The position numbers and the translations under genes are program-made. The notes under the pieces are model-generated. The model was given only the letters and a program-made list of their open reading frames with translations. It was not told the DNA's origin and did no database searches. A stretch of 64,000 nt of DNA from Gekko japonicus (lineage: Eukaryota). This document shows positions 47,938 to 60,501 of the stretch, piece by piece. Numbering within the stretch: position 1 is the first letter of the stretch; every line of letters begins with the position of its first letter. The stretch is taken from assembly GCF_001447785.1 (NCBI RefSeq), contig NW_015176459.1, positions 210,130 to 274,129 on the forward strand, written 5' to 3'.

Positions 47938-48831
47938 GAAGAAGAAGAAGAGATTGGATTTACACCCCACCCTTCACTACCCGAAGGAGTGTCAGAGCGG
48001 CTTACAATCCCTTTCCCTGCCCCTCCCCACAACAGCCAGAGTTAAAATATAGAGTTCTGCAAACCCAAGGGACTCCAGCCAGAACTGCCCTGAGCAGGAG
48101 TGAGTGCTAATGTCAGAGAAGTGGTTTTCTGATTGGACTAGCTATATGTCAATTTCAGACTGACTCAAGCTATTTGCTGCCTCTCCCATATCACCACCAA
48201 CCAGGAATCATATTTCGATTGAGCTTCCTCCCCAAATTCTGCTCTCCCTAGGCACTGACACCAAATACTTAGGAATTTCCAAAGATGGAGTTGACACCCC
48301 ATGCCCTGTGAGCAATGTTCCCTTTAATCTGAGTTAGTGTGAGCTAGCTCACAGTTTTTTAGGCTCCAGAGCCAACTAATTTATGCAGTAGTGAAATCAT
48401 TCACTTACAACTTTAATGCCAGTAGCTCACCAAGTAGGATTTTTGCTCACAACACTCCACAGCTTAGAGGGAGCATGAGGTAGGTGGGGCTGAGAGAGAA
48501 CAGATCTGAAAGAACTTATGACTGACCCAAGGTCACACCAGCAGCTCCGTGTGGAGGAGCAGGGAATCAAATCCAGTTCTCCCAGATTAGAGTCTGCGCC
48601 AATGTTCCCTCTAAGCTGTGGAGACTTGTGAGCAAAAATTCTACTTTGTGAGCTGTTGGCATTAAAGTTGTGAACCAGTGATTTGGCTACTTCATAAATT
48701 AGTTTGCTCTGGAGCCATCCTTTCTGAGATAAGACAAAAATGTGTGAGCTGGAGGATAAAAAATTGTGAGCTAGCTCACACTAACTCAGCTTAGAGGGAA
48801 CACTGTGCTCCTAATCACTACACTAAACTGC
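47938..48831 (-). mobile_element. Squam3-like SINE interrupted by two MITE copies (48313-48477 minus, 48600-48805 plus) and other DNA
   Basis: Collinear SINE pieces at 47938-48034, 48304-48312, 48478-48599 and 48806-48831; the MITEs match 1061-1265. Confidence 0.75.
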
Positions 48832-49394
48832 CACCTGGATGTATGAATCAAATTTCATACTTTCTTGTTTCTTTTATTCAGCCTTTACAGAATACGTGGT
48901 CAGAGATTTTTCACTGATGGAAGCTGAAATAGCATATGTAGAGTGCTTTGAACATGTGCAAGCAGACAGAGAGATTTATTTCCCAGTTATTATGTCATTG
49001 ACCTAGATCTTTTGGCTGGGTTATCTGCAATATTAACATGACTTTTTTATTGAGAAGGGAAACATTTTATTTGCTAAATATAACTACAACTCAACCTAAT
49101 TCCATTCAACTAGCCTCGTGTGCACCTAACTGAAGTCAGCTGAGAGAGATTCAACCACCTCAGAAATTTCATTATTAATCTTATTGTAATTCTTTTGACT
49201 ACCCACAAAAAATCCTGCAGACATTTCATAGGAGCAGCACACATCCAATTCATTTTATATTTCACTTTTAAGAAAACAGATAGAAAGTATAGTTATATGT
49301 GTGCGTATTTGTGTATGCATGCATCATTGTGTGTACGCACATGAAGCAGGATGCTCAGACTGGTGGCAGGTACCTTAAAGCAGGTACACATAGC

Positions 49395-50644
49395 CAGGGC
49401 TGGCCCGAGGTGTTCCTGCGCCCTAGGCAAGCGCAGATGCCAACCTCCCGGTGGGGCCTGGAGACCTCCCAGCTGGCGTGCGTCGCCTTGGGGCGGAACT
49501 TGACTTGGCCACCCACTCCCTGAGCCTTGCTGGCAAAGCGGCCGCTGCGCCTCCAAGGAGGAGGAGGAGGGCGGGTATGTTGCGCGGCTGCAGCTGGGGC
49601 TGACTGCGGTCGCTGCGCTGCTCCCGTCCAGTCTGCCTGGCAAGCCGAGCGAGGTGCGCGCACATGGCCCTTCGCCTCCAGGCCTGGTGCACTGCCGCCG
49701 TGTGGGGAGGCTTCACAACAGGCAGGTGGGCAGCTGGCCCCTGTGCCTTGAAAATGAGTGCGCCTGGCTGGAAAGCCACCCAGCCACGGCCAGGCCTGAA
49801 AAGTGCAAGGGATGGGGCATCCCTGCCGCCGCCCCCCTCCCAAAAGGGGGAAAGGCTACAGTGCGGCCGGTGGGTGGGGAGGCGAGAGAGCTTGTGGGGG
49901 GCAGGCAGGCCAGCCCCCCTGAGTGACCCTGATCCAGGCCACGGGGACCATGACGCCCCTCTGCGCAGCCCCATCCCCCCCGGCCCTGCCTCTTGGCTGC
50001 TGGTCCCCTCCCTCCCTCACCCCCCTACCGTGCCTTCACCGGGCCGGGGGACTCGCTCTCCCCTCAAGGGAGGTGGGTCGCAAGGGCCGGGAGGCCTCGT
50101 GGCCACACTGCTTGGTGGTCTGAGACATAGCGTGGAGGGAGGGAGGGTGGCGGAGGGGACGCCGGTGGCCAGCCCCATCCCGGTCCCGTCGTCTTAGCCA
50201 GCAGCAGCACCACCATTGGGGCAAGCAGCAGCGGTAAGAGGCGGCTGCCCATCCTGCGTGCCCTGCCACTGCCACTCCCACCACCCAGCCCTGTTGCCGC
50301 CGCCACGGACACCCAGGAGCGCCCAGACGGCACAATCTGGGGAAAGGCTGCTGTTGGTTGGGCGGCCTCTCAGAGGTCGGCTGCGAGGGCCCCCCTGGGG
50401 CGCCAACTGCGGCGCAGGAGGGAGGGAAGGGAGACAGGAAGGCAGGCGGGTGCGGGAGATGGAGCGGAGGCCTCGGAGGGTGGTGGACCTTGGCGCTTCC
50501 TGGCAGTGCGATGCCGCCACCGGCTAGCTGGCCCGAGGGGGTGCCGCGGCTCCTTTGGCTGCCCCTGCCTCTCCTCCCGCGCCCTAAGGGCCGACCTGTG
50601 CTCTAGCCAAATGCCTAGTTCACCTAGCGGGTGAGCCGGTCCTG
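49395..50644. mobile_element. Non-autonomous hAT (Tip100-like) element, very GC/CpG-rich
   Basis: TIRs cagggctggccc / gagccggtcctg; 8-bp TSD cacatagc/catatagc. Confidence 0.85.
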
Positions 50645-52799
50645 CATATAGCAGTATGAGCATACCTGTCCTTGTCATAGGCCAATTATGCAGATGAATG
50701 AGGCAAGAACTTGAACATACACACAAAGCTGCCTTATGCTGAATCAGACCATTGGTCCATCAAAGTCTGTATTGTCTACTTTGATGGGCAGTAGCTTTCC
50801 AGGGTCACAGGTAGAAGTTTTTCACATCATCTAATACCAGGTCCCTTTAAAAAAAAAAAGGATTCCAGCAATTAAACCTTATGCTTCCCAAGCAGATATT
50901 CTACCAGTGAGCCATGACACCTCCCTGATTGAATTTTGTAATCCTGTACATGCTTATTTGAAAGTAGGCCCTATTTACATTTATGAACACTGAAGCTGAA
51001 ACGACTATTCCCCATTTTGGTAGGGTAGTCCTGAAAATGACTTAGATTGTGTGTATTCTCCTTTTTGTACCATCATCGGTGCCACTGTTTCTCCTGGTTG
51101 CTGCTGTGTCAGCCCTCCTTTTTTCATGACCTACCAAGGTTCACACAATAAACAGAATGGAGCCACCACTATATGTAGCCAATCAGATTTAATTCTGTGG
51201 CGACGTTGCCAGTGGCAAGTGAGTGCCGTAGGGAATAATGAGAATCAGTGAGGCCAAAGTAAATTAACAAGTCCCATTTCACAAGAAGTGTCAATGAAAG
51301 ACAAAAAAGGGGGGTGGCATTTTTTTTTACTGTGCCAAAAATGTTTATGGAAAAATCTGAATGCTTTTGGCTCAGCTCAAATGATAAGATTTTTTTAAAA
51401 GTTGAGAGCATTGACTTTCTATGACACTTAGAACTGCTTAACACAAGGGATACAGTGTTTTGAAACCGCAAGAGCCCCAAACGCAGCACTTTCATGCACC
51501 ACAGCTTTCCTTTATTCTGTCCTGATGCCAATTAACATGATCAAATATTTATAACTCATCTAACGATACACAGAGAGTTTGGCTTGAATATCTAGTTTCC
51601 TGAGCCAGGAGATTAAAATACAAATAATTCAAAAGCAACAGTCCCAGAAAGCTGAATTTTTTTGATAGTGTTGTTGGAGGAAAACACTGGAATTGCTTTA
51701 GAGACGGCATTGTGGAATGGAAGTTAGTATGGCGACAGCCGAGATAAAATGCTTGGTGCTATCAGTATCAAAGACTCAAAGATAGTTATAAGAATGGATT
51801 AATCTCTTCCCTCCCTTGTCTCATTATGTTTCTCCAATAATTATGAGTCATCCTCAGATTCTTAGCCCTAAGGATAATGCTGGTTACTTTCAAGTTCGCA
51901 TCAAGGAGTAGAAGAACAGAAGCCATACAGAGCCGACTGTGGGTTCACAACAACCATTTTTACTGGGTAAATGGAGTTCATTATAACTAAGCATTCCAGT
52001 GCAGAGCCTAAGTTGTCTGCAGGGAGATATGAAATCTTCCCAGTCGTTTCTGCAGATGTTTCCCACTTTCTGAAAAAACGGCATTGCATTTTCAGCATCT
52101 TTGTCTGCAAAAACAAAGTTGTGATTTTTGCAGCTATCTGTGCATTCCAATTCCAGCCAGTTGTACACTGTGTGTGCATGTGTGTGTGTGGGTGGGCACA
52201 CACATACAAACTATTTACAAACCTGTTGCTTGTTTGGAACACATGGCAGCAAAAATTTTAAAAATTACTTCAGGAATGGAAAAACATGAATATTCATAGC
52301 TCTAACACTACCCCATTCCTTTCTTAGCTGCAATATGTTAAATAACCCTATTTTCACAGTGCAGAAAAGCAGTCCTAGAAACAGGTGGACTTTCTAGCGT
52401 ACTTATTTTCAGCAAAGATCAAGACTGGCTGCAAATGCTCCAACTGTCCCTGTTTACCAGGGTCAGTTCCAGTCTGTATCGAGCCACCGTCCTGTCTGTG
52501 CTGTTTGGGGATGCTTTAAAAATATAATGTAACTATGAGTTGTTTGGGTTATATTTCTTCAGGATACAATTTCCTCTGCAGCCTTTCAGCAAGTAAAATT
52601 AATTCTATTTATGTAGATATTTATACTCTAATTTTCTCCCCAGTGGGGAGCCCCATGCAGCTTGTACCCCCATTCTCCCCTACTTCATTTTATCCTCGCA
52701 ACAAGAAGTCTATGAAGTAGGTTAGGCTAAGAGAGACTGACTGACTCAAGATCACCACCAGAGCAAGCTTCCATGGCGGAGTGGAGATTTGAACCTGCC

Positions 52800-54130
52800 T
52801 GTCAGGAGGGCCCCCGCTCCAAGCCCCTCCTGCCTTCCAGCGCCCTGGAGCACCCCAGAGAGGAGACAGAGATCAATGCCTGCAAGGTTGAACCAGAGAG
52901 AAAAGAGGCCAGCAGGAGACCCTTCAACATGGCCAGGGAGATGGCCCAGGAATGGCCCTCTTCCAGCGACAAGGCATTGGAGAAACCCTACGAAGATTCC
53001 CGGAAGGGCCAGGAATTCTCCCATGCTGCCCAGCTAGGGGCAGCCTGACTGTGAAAGGGGGACATGGGGGAGGGGGAACCCACTTGCCTCCACGAAGATG
53101 GCCCAACTGTGAAGAAGAAGAGTGGGGGAAGTTCAACAGGGAGCCCTCAAGGGTTGGCCTCAGCCCTGTGGCTTGCTTGCTTGCTTTAAGGCCTGGGAGT
53201 GTCATGCCTGCCCCCGATCCGGCACCTGGGAGCTCTGAAACGGAGGACTCGGTGCCTTTAACATCATCAGAGGCACGAGAGTCCTTGCCAAACCTAAATG
53301 CTGGAGAGGATGAATACCAAACCCCAGGACAGCTTGCACCTGAAGCCGATCAGGCAGTGCCTGGCCCCAGCAGTACGCCACCCGATTTTCCACCACCTGT
53401 TGACTGGCTGAGGAATCAGAGACACTGGGACTTGGCAACCAGACACAAGGAGGCACGCTTGTGCAGTCGGAGAACAATGAGCCCAGAGTTCTAGCAGAAT
53501 CAAGGACTTCGCAAGGTAGTGCTAATGAGTTAATGACCCAGCACGCTAATTTGAACAGGTCACTGACTGCTGGCAAATCGTGCTGGCAAACTAGTCCTTC
53601 AGACCAGAAGCTCTGCATCTCTGACGCTGTTCCTGAGATCCCGTACTGACTGACTTCCCGGTTCCTGAATCCAGTCCGCGTTTTGATGACTCTTTGGCTC
53701 TTGATCCTCAGCTCTGCACCCTGACATTCAACACTCGCTTCTCTGGACTCTGACCCTTGGTAAAGCTCTGGCTTGGCTTTGTGTATTAGGACAGCTGGCT
53801 CTGCTTGTTTTTGATCTTTCTGGCTTTGACTGACGGACTGAATTGTAAACTCTCCCTCTCTGCCCGGCCCCCTGGCTCTGTCGTGACAGGGAGGGGGGAG
53901 GGTCAGAAGGGAGGAGGATAAAGGGAGGCTGGGCGATAGCTGAGGAGGACACACCTGTCCCCTATGAGTTGGAAAGCGAGGAGGGAGACGCGGGTTTCGG
54001 CCCAATCCACTCGGACACTCCCAAATAGGGGTGATGTGCCGTAACCAGGGAGGTGATGCAACCTTTCCGGGTGGTAATCTGAGGAGATGCCTATCCTGAA
54101 CCAGCTCCTCTCCAAACTGGACCCCCCCCC
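52800..54130. mobile_element. LTR-like element (starts TGTCA) interrupting a Squam3-like SINE at 52600-52799
   Basis: The SINE breaks at 'gatttgaacctgcc' and appears to resume near 54140; right terminus not defined. Confidence 0.45.
53200..53888 (+). mobile_element. Solo LTR, 689 bp
   Basis: TGTCATG...CGTGACA termini; perfect 5-bp TSD gggag (53195-53199, 53889-53893). Confidence 0.85.
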
Positions 54131-54318
54131 CCGGATTTTCATTCCAACACTTGAACTATTATGATGCAGGCTTTCAAGTCAAATCTCCGAATGGTGTTTT
54201 TTTGGAGTGGGGTACATTTAGTTTCTCAGGCATGTTTACAGCAGAAACAGGGAGAACAGAACCTTCAGCAACGCGTGTTCAGGCCATCATCCTTGCTGTG
54301 AGACCAAAGGGCTCTTCC

Positions 54319-54537
54319 TAGGGTTACCAGCCTTCAGGTGAGGCCTGGTGATCTCCTGGAATTACAACTGATCTCCAGACCACTGAGATCAGTTTTCCTG
54401 AAGAAAATGGCTGCTTTGAAGGGTAGATTCTATGGCATGATACCCTGATGAGGTCTCTGCCTTCCCCAAACCCTGCCTTTTCCAGGCCCCACCCCTCAAG
54501 CCTCCAGATAATTCCCAATCCAGAACTGGCAACCCTA
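54319..54537 (+). mobile_element. hAT (Blackjack-like) MITE with perfect TSD
   Basis: tagggttaccag...ctggcaacccta; TSD gctcttcc on both sides. Confidence 0.95.
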
Positions 54538-56489
54538 GCTCTTCCAAATGTGTGTTTATTTTCAGCTATAAAATGTGATCATGCAGTTGGCTGGCACATG
54601 CATGTCTAAAATTCACTCTTGAACAACACAGAGCAAGCTTGTAGCCTGTGATCTGGATCCCACCTAAAATTCCCTTGGGCACATCGGAGTGGGGGGTGCT
54701 AGGGTTGCTAGGGGCCCGTTTATAAAAAAACACATTGTGAATGCAGTTAACAAGTCTTATATCAATGCCTTTAGATAAATGTTTTGAAATACCAAACGAG
54801 TGTATATTCTTAATATATATTCAGTTATCAACGTTCTCTTATGCCAACTCCAAAATTATTTAATACAAAGTCAAAAGCTCCAAGATAGAGTCTAGGAGGA
54901 CTGATATGCTGCACTGAAGGGCTTGATAGCCAAGTGGCTACTGGTTGAAAGAGATTTCCTTGAGCATTGGTTCCAACTTGAATTTCAGTCTCTACAATGG
55001 AAGGGAGATGCGGCTTTGAAAAAGAGAACGGAAACATGTTTATATGCCTAGGATACATGTTGTCGCATAACTTCCAATTGTTGATCTGTTAAAATACATT
55101 TGTCATATTGAGAACTTCGGAACTAGTAGTGTTACATTGTAACCTTGATTTATAGCTCATGATTGTTGGGTTTTGAAAGTTTGGCTTGGTATTTCAAAAT
55201 ATATGTTTAAAGGCATTGATATAAGACTTCTTAATTGCATTTGCAGTGTTCATTTGTTTTTGATAACTGGCACACTGTGTTTTCCCCTTGTTTTGTCTAG
55301 GTGCCCATCTATGGCAGGAGAGCTCCCATTTGTGGGCTTGACCTCATTCCCCAGACCAACAGGAGCAAGGCCCAGGAGTGGAAATTGCATCACACAAAAG
55401 CCCAGTTGTAACATCAGTGCATCAGGCTACGCATTGGCTGTCCCTGAAAACTCCATGAGTTTTCCAGGATAGCCAGAGCATTGCCTGACACACTGACATC
55501 ACACATGGGTTGTCACCTGGACATTTCTTGCATTGTATGATGTCATTTTCACCTCCTTGCCCCACACCACAGCTTCTGGGAAGGAATGTCAGCCAATGAC
55601 CTGGGATCATGAGGGAGGGCAGTTTTCACCACTTCTTTGCTCCCACCAGCTATTCCTGAGGGTTCTCCATCCCCCAGGAGCAGCAGGAGGAGATGTTTGG
55701 ACCTGTGAAAAAGCAAAAAATTGCCTCCCCTCCTTTCTCCACTGGAAAAACTAGGCAGGATCCACTTGTGTAGAGCCAACTGATGCGACCCAGAACAGAA
55801 GCACAGAAGTGGTGTGCCACAGATGCACCCTGCAGGGCAGGCTCCAATTGACTCAAGCAAGTAAGCCAAGATGCATGTTACAGTTTTGAATAACACTTGA
55901 TTAACTGAATCATAAATAGAAAATTGTGTTCCCTGTTCGTGAGCAATGGGCTTTCTGAAACAGTGTTGGCCTCTAGCAAAACATATTCTCATTCTTCATT
56001 TGAGCTATCTAAAAACCAGAGAGGGGAGATACTCAGCAATTTGAGATAGGAGGGGTTGACTGGCATGCAATGTGTCCTCCTAAATGCCTCCTTTGATTAC
56101 CTTTGGAAGGAGATTGATCCCAGCCCAGCAGTTGGGATTGTGTTGCCTCTGCCGTAAACTCATTGTTAGACACGCTAGGCTGCTATTTCTCTTCAAGAGC
56201 TGTAATGATGTATCTGCTTTCCATTCCTTCGAGCTGACGAAATCCTGAATGTGCAAGTGCTCTTGTTTTTGTAGAGGACTGCTGGGTGCATAGCACCAGC
56301 AATGACTGATAAAGCAATAAATTGGATTTAGTCATAGTTAAGTCCAGTTTCCACTAGATTGTATTGTGTGGGGCTTGGATTGTTTTTACTATCAACAAAA
56401 GGAGCTTGGCAGCCCCCCCCCCGCGCCTTAAAATTGAAATTAAAGCACATTATACACTTTCCCCCCATCATGTGGCTTCCCATAAGATA

Positions 56490-56680
56490 AGCTACCACAC
56501 ATGGAAGGGCTTTTTCTGTGGTGTAGGGCCTTGATTACAGAATACCCTCCCCAGAGATACCTAGCTGGGTCCAAGTTAGTTAAGTTTCTGGTGCAGGTTT
56601 AAAGATGTGCTTGTTTATCCTGAACTTCTGCTGATCACGTTGGAGTTTTAAAAATATGATTTTAATCTATGATTATTTAT
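56490..56680 (+). mobile_element. L2 3' fragment
   Basis: RAFSVV..P...NTLP-like remnant. Confidence 0.55.
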
Positions 56681-56695
56681 ATATTTTTTCTTAAG

Positions 56696-56937
56696 TAGGA
56701 ATGCCAGTCTCCAGGTGGGACTTCAGGATCCCCTGGAATTAGAGCTCTTCTCCAGACTACATAGACCAGTTCCCCTGGAGAAAATTGATGTTTTGGAGGG
56801 TGGACTCTATGGCATGGTACCCCCACTGAGGTCCCCCCTGTCCTCCCCAGGCTCCAGTCACGTATCTCCAGGAAATTCCCAACCTGGAGCTGGCAGCCCT
56901 TTGCCCCCACCCCTGGTGGCCAAGGAGGACCTGGCAA
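56696..56937 (+). mobile_element. hAT (Blackjack-like) MITE
   Basis: Homologous to 23589-23822. Confidence 0.85.
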
Positions 56938-57537
56938 GTGGCAGCCTTAATGGTCTGTATGCCCTTGGTGGAGAGAGGGAGATAGTAAAATGAAGTTCTC
57001 AAAGAACTTATATATTAAAAATCACATAAAAATTAAATTAATGCTATAGTTAAACTGAAGTTTAACATAACATAAAACCATTGGTATAATAAAATGGAAA
57101 TAAAAGATTCGGTTTTCGGCAGCTAAACTCCTGTTTCTAAAAAGTTCAGTCTGTCGTCCGAAAGATGGGAATACATTTTTAAAAAGGGTTTCAACATTTG
57201 CTTTTAAAAGCTGACATGGCACATGGAGGGTGCCTCTACTAAAAAAAAGCTCTGCCTCTTGAACAAGCCAAGATCTCATGGTTTGATCTTAAATGGGATA
57301 AGGCCCTCCCAGAAGTAGCCTGGGTCCAGGCTGTCTTAGGCTTTAAATATTAAAAGCAGCACTTTGAATTATACTTGAAGACAAATCCAGAGCCAATACA
57401 ATTCTTTCAGTGCAGATGTAATATTCTCTGGTAGGCCCAGATCTATTAATCAGTAGGTGATTGCATTCTAAACCAGTGGATACTTCCAAATGGACCTCAA
57501 CAAAATCCTGGCATGGAAGTTCACCCAATTATACATA

Positions 57538-57991
57538 GGCCCCGATCACACGGAAGGTTTTGGCCCGGGACAGGGATGGATCCAGGGTGCAGCAAACGGG
57601 CACGATCTCACTGCAACATCTGGGAAGTGGCACGCACCCGTCCCCGATCCGGCCCTTCAGGCCAAGAATAAATCCGCTGTTAAAAAAAAAAAAAAACCAC
57701 CTACAGAGGGGGACTTACTGGAAACACTGCATCAAGTGCGGCCGTCGGAGCGCCGGCGCGCCCGTATTCTGGAACAATCGAGGCTCCCAGCTGAACTGCG
57801 CATGCGCACACATGCGCAGCTGGCGGCCTCGCACTCCCTTCTGTGACTTTCTTCCCAGCATCTGATCGTGCTGGGGAGCAACTGCGTGGCGGCTCACGGG
57901 ATCTCTGTGATCCCGCTGCGTGTCTCTTTTGGTGCAGCTTTCAAAAGCCGCACTTTGCCCCCCTCAATTTCCCCCCCGTGTGGCAGGGGCC
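57538..57991. mobile_element. PIF/Harbinger-like MITE, CpG-rich
   Basis: TIRs ggccccgatcacacgg / ccgtgtggcaggggcc, flanked by ata/ata. Confidence 0.75.
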
Positions 57992-58304
57992 ATAGAACAC
58001 CAAACCAATTCCCCAACAATGTGAGCAGATCCCACTGGATACAGTCCAATTCATTTTCAAGTAAGCAAGCTTAGCATTTCAACCTTAATTTTTTTAAAAG
58101 AATTTTATTAGTTTATATAAAGAAAGTAGGGAAGGGGAGTTTTGGGGGAGATATTTTAGGGAGGTATTTTGATTATGGGTTGGAGCGTTTGAACCATTTC
58201 AGAACATCTGTTTTCCTCAAATTTGCCAAGTGTGACAATAAATCAACCGTCAGCACTTCATGGTAAAGGTTTTTATCTTGGCAATCCTGATCCAGAAGAG
58301 GTTT

Positions 58305-58482
58305 TGTTTTTCTTTTGCCACCAAGTAGCAGCCAACCTATGGTGACCCTGTAGGGTTTTCAGGGCAAGAGACAGCAACTCTGGACTTCCTTGGCAGTCTC
58401 CCATGTAAATACTGACCAGGGCCAACTATGCTTTGCTTCCAGGATCTCAAAAGATCAGGCTAACCTGGGCAATCCAGGTCAG
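58305..58482 (-). mobile_element. 5S rRNA-derived SINE, diverged
   Basis: Homology to 62045-62490. Confidence 0.7.
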
Positions 58483-58614
58483 GATCAGAAGAGGTTAGTC
58501 ATACATAAATTTCATCGAAATCCATAGGACAAGTTAGTTGCAACTAAGTGAGGCACAAGTGAAAGCCTATGTGCTTATTACAGGCAAATGTGTGCAATGA
58601 AAACAGGGCTGTAG

Positions 58615-58804
58615 CAGGCCCGTAGCTACAGTGGGGCATTTCGGGGCTAGGCCCCCCGACTTACTGGCAAGGCCCCATGACTTCCCATCTAGCCCAGGGC
58701 TCCCGAGCAGGGAAGGAGCCTGGTATTCCTTTTAATTTGATTAGCCAGTGTCCCTAAGAAATTTAATTCCCCCCCAACTAAAAAAAATCCTGGCTACAGG
58801 CCTG
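58615..58804. mobile_element. hAT MITE
   Basis: TIRs caggcccgtagc / gctacaggcctg; TSD ggctgtag/agctgtag. Confidence 0.85.
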
Positions 58805-59169
58805 AGCTGTAGCTGGAGTCTTTATTTTTATTCCATTTTTACAAACAAGTGTTTTTAACACAGGAAAGTTTCTGAGTTTTTAAAAATGGCAGTGGCTTTC
58901 TCCATCCCACTCCCCAGTGGCGGTGCTCTGTGTGTGACCTGTCCATTTCCCCTGCCTCAGATCATCTGTGTTTCTGGCACAACCAGTTCATAGATGCAAG
59001 GTGCAACAGACTTAGGCTTGGCAACAGATTCTGTGGGTCACTCATTTCTTTGAACCTCTGCCTGGAAATATTGCAGACCTGCTTTGCCAGCCCTGAATGA
59101 ATCCCTAGTAGGCATTAAAACACCCCAGCATGGGAAGAGGTGGGAGTGGGGGTGAATGCCCATGCTCTT

Positions 59170-59385
59170 CTAATTTTACCCCACCCTTTCTCCAAAGAGC
59201 TCAGGGAGGCACACATGGTGCTTCTGACTTCCATTTTAGCCTCACAACAACCCTGTGAAATAGGTGAGGCTGAGAGCGAGTGGGTTACCTAGCTGAAGGT
59301 CACCCCATAAGTGTTGTAGTCCTAGAGGGAATTAAAACTCAAGTGTCTACAGTTCCAGTCCAGCACTTTAAATGCTAGACTTCAG
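59170..59385 (-). mobile_element. Squam3-like SINE, diverged
   Basis: 'ctcacaacaaccctgtgaaataggtgaggctgagag' core. Confidence 0.7.
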
Positions 59386-60291
59386 TCTTTCTCTCACATG
59401 TTAGGGTTCCCTACATGTGTTCACCCGCGCAAACAGGTATCTGGAAGAAGGAGAGAGGCAACTGGATGGGAGTGACTGAGAGTAGGAAAAGGCCAATAGG
59501 GAAAGGGTTAAACCCTTCTCCGCTTAAAATAATTCCATCCCAAAGAGTTATTCTTTATGTAAGGCCACCGCTGGGATTTCATTACACACATTTGCATGTA
59601 TCCTCCAGTTTGCCCTTAATTTTCTTTGGATTGGGGGCCTTGATTTTATAACCAGAATGAATTACCGCTTGGATATCCCATTTTACAGCCAGGCACTGTA
59701 ATGCCAGGTGCTCCCAGAGGAAAATAGAAGACTTTATTCATTTGCTTTAACCCAGATGTTTACCGTTAGCCTTGCAAAAATGTTGGCATTAAATTTCTTA
59801 TGCTGCAGAAAAGAAGCTCAGGCACGCTTAGAAAAGAAAGCACAAAGCACCGTATATTACATATATAGTTATGAATGAAAAAGTAGCTTCTAAATTTTAC
59901 TGCCAATTACTGTTCGAAATAAAGACGCATAGGCATTTTAATCTTATCTATTAGGCACAGGGTAGTATGTGGGTGTGCGTAGGGAATTAGCCTTCTAAGT
60001 AAGAAGAAATGGAGTCCAGAAGGATAGCAATGTAAACCTGTTTTCTGGTAGAAGGACAGGCAGGTGCTGCATCTTTGTCATTATGCTGGTTGCCTGACAC
60101 ATCTGCAGTCCATATTTCCTCCAATAAGAGAGAGAGGGAGGGAGGGAGAGAGGGAGGGAGGGAGAGAGAGATATTCACTCACCTAGCTTCAGCTATGTGG
60201 GAATTTGAAACCAAGTCTTCTGGCCCAGATCTAATCCACTAAATTATGCTGGTTCTCCAGCTAAGTAGCTTGTAGCCATGCTCCTGTGGAA

Positions 60292-60501
60292 TAGGGTTGC
60301 CAACCTCCATGTGGGACTTGGAGGTCTCCCCCTGTTACATCTCCAAACAACAGAAATCAGTTTGGAGAAAATGGTTGCTTTGGAAGGTGGACTCTATGGG
60401 ATTGTACCCTGCTGAAGTCCCTCCCCTCCCCAAACTCCTGCCCTTCCCAGACTCCACCCCCAAATCTCCAGGTATTTCCCCACCCAGAGCTGGCAACCGT
60501 A
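60292..60501 (+). mobile_element. hAT (Blackjack-like) MITE
   Basis: tagggttgcca...tggcaaccgta. Confidence 0.85.

Noticed and set aside
49293-50726. Cluster of long overlapping ORFs suggesting a gene or CpG-island promoter
   Set aside because: The GC-rich block is bounded by TIRs and a TSD; stop-codon scarcity is explained by GC content.
55280-55472. Possible exon after acceptor ttgttttgtctag
   Set aside because: The peptide is unrecognisable and no donor was found; it cannot be supported without RNA data.
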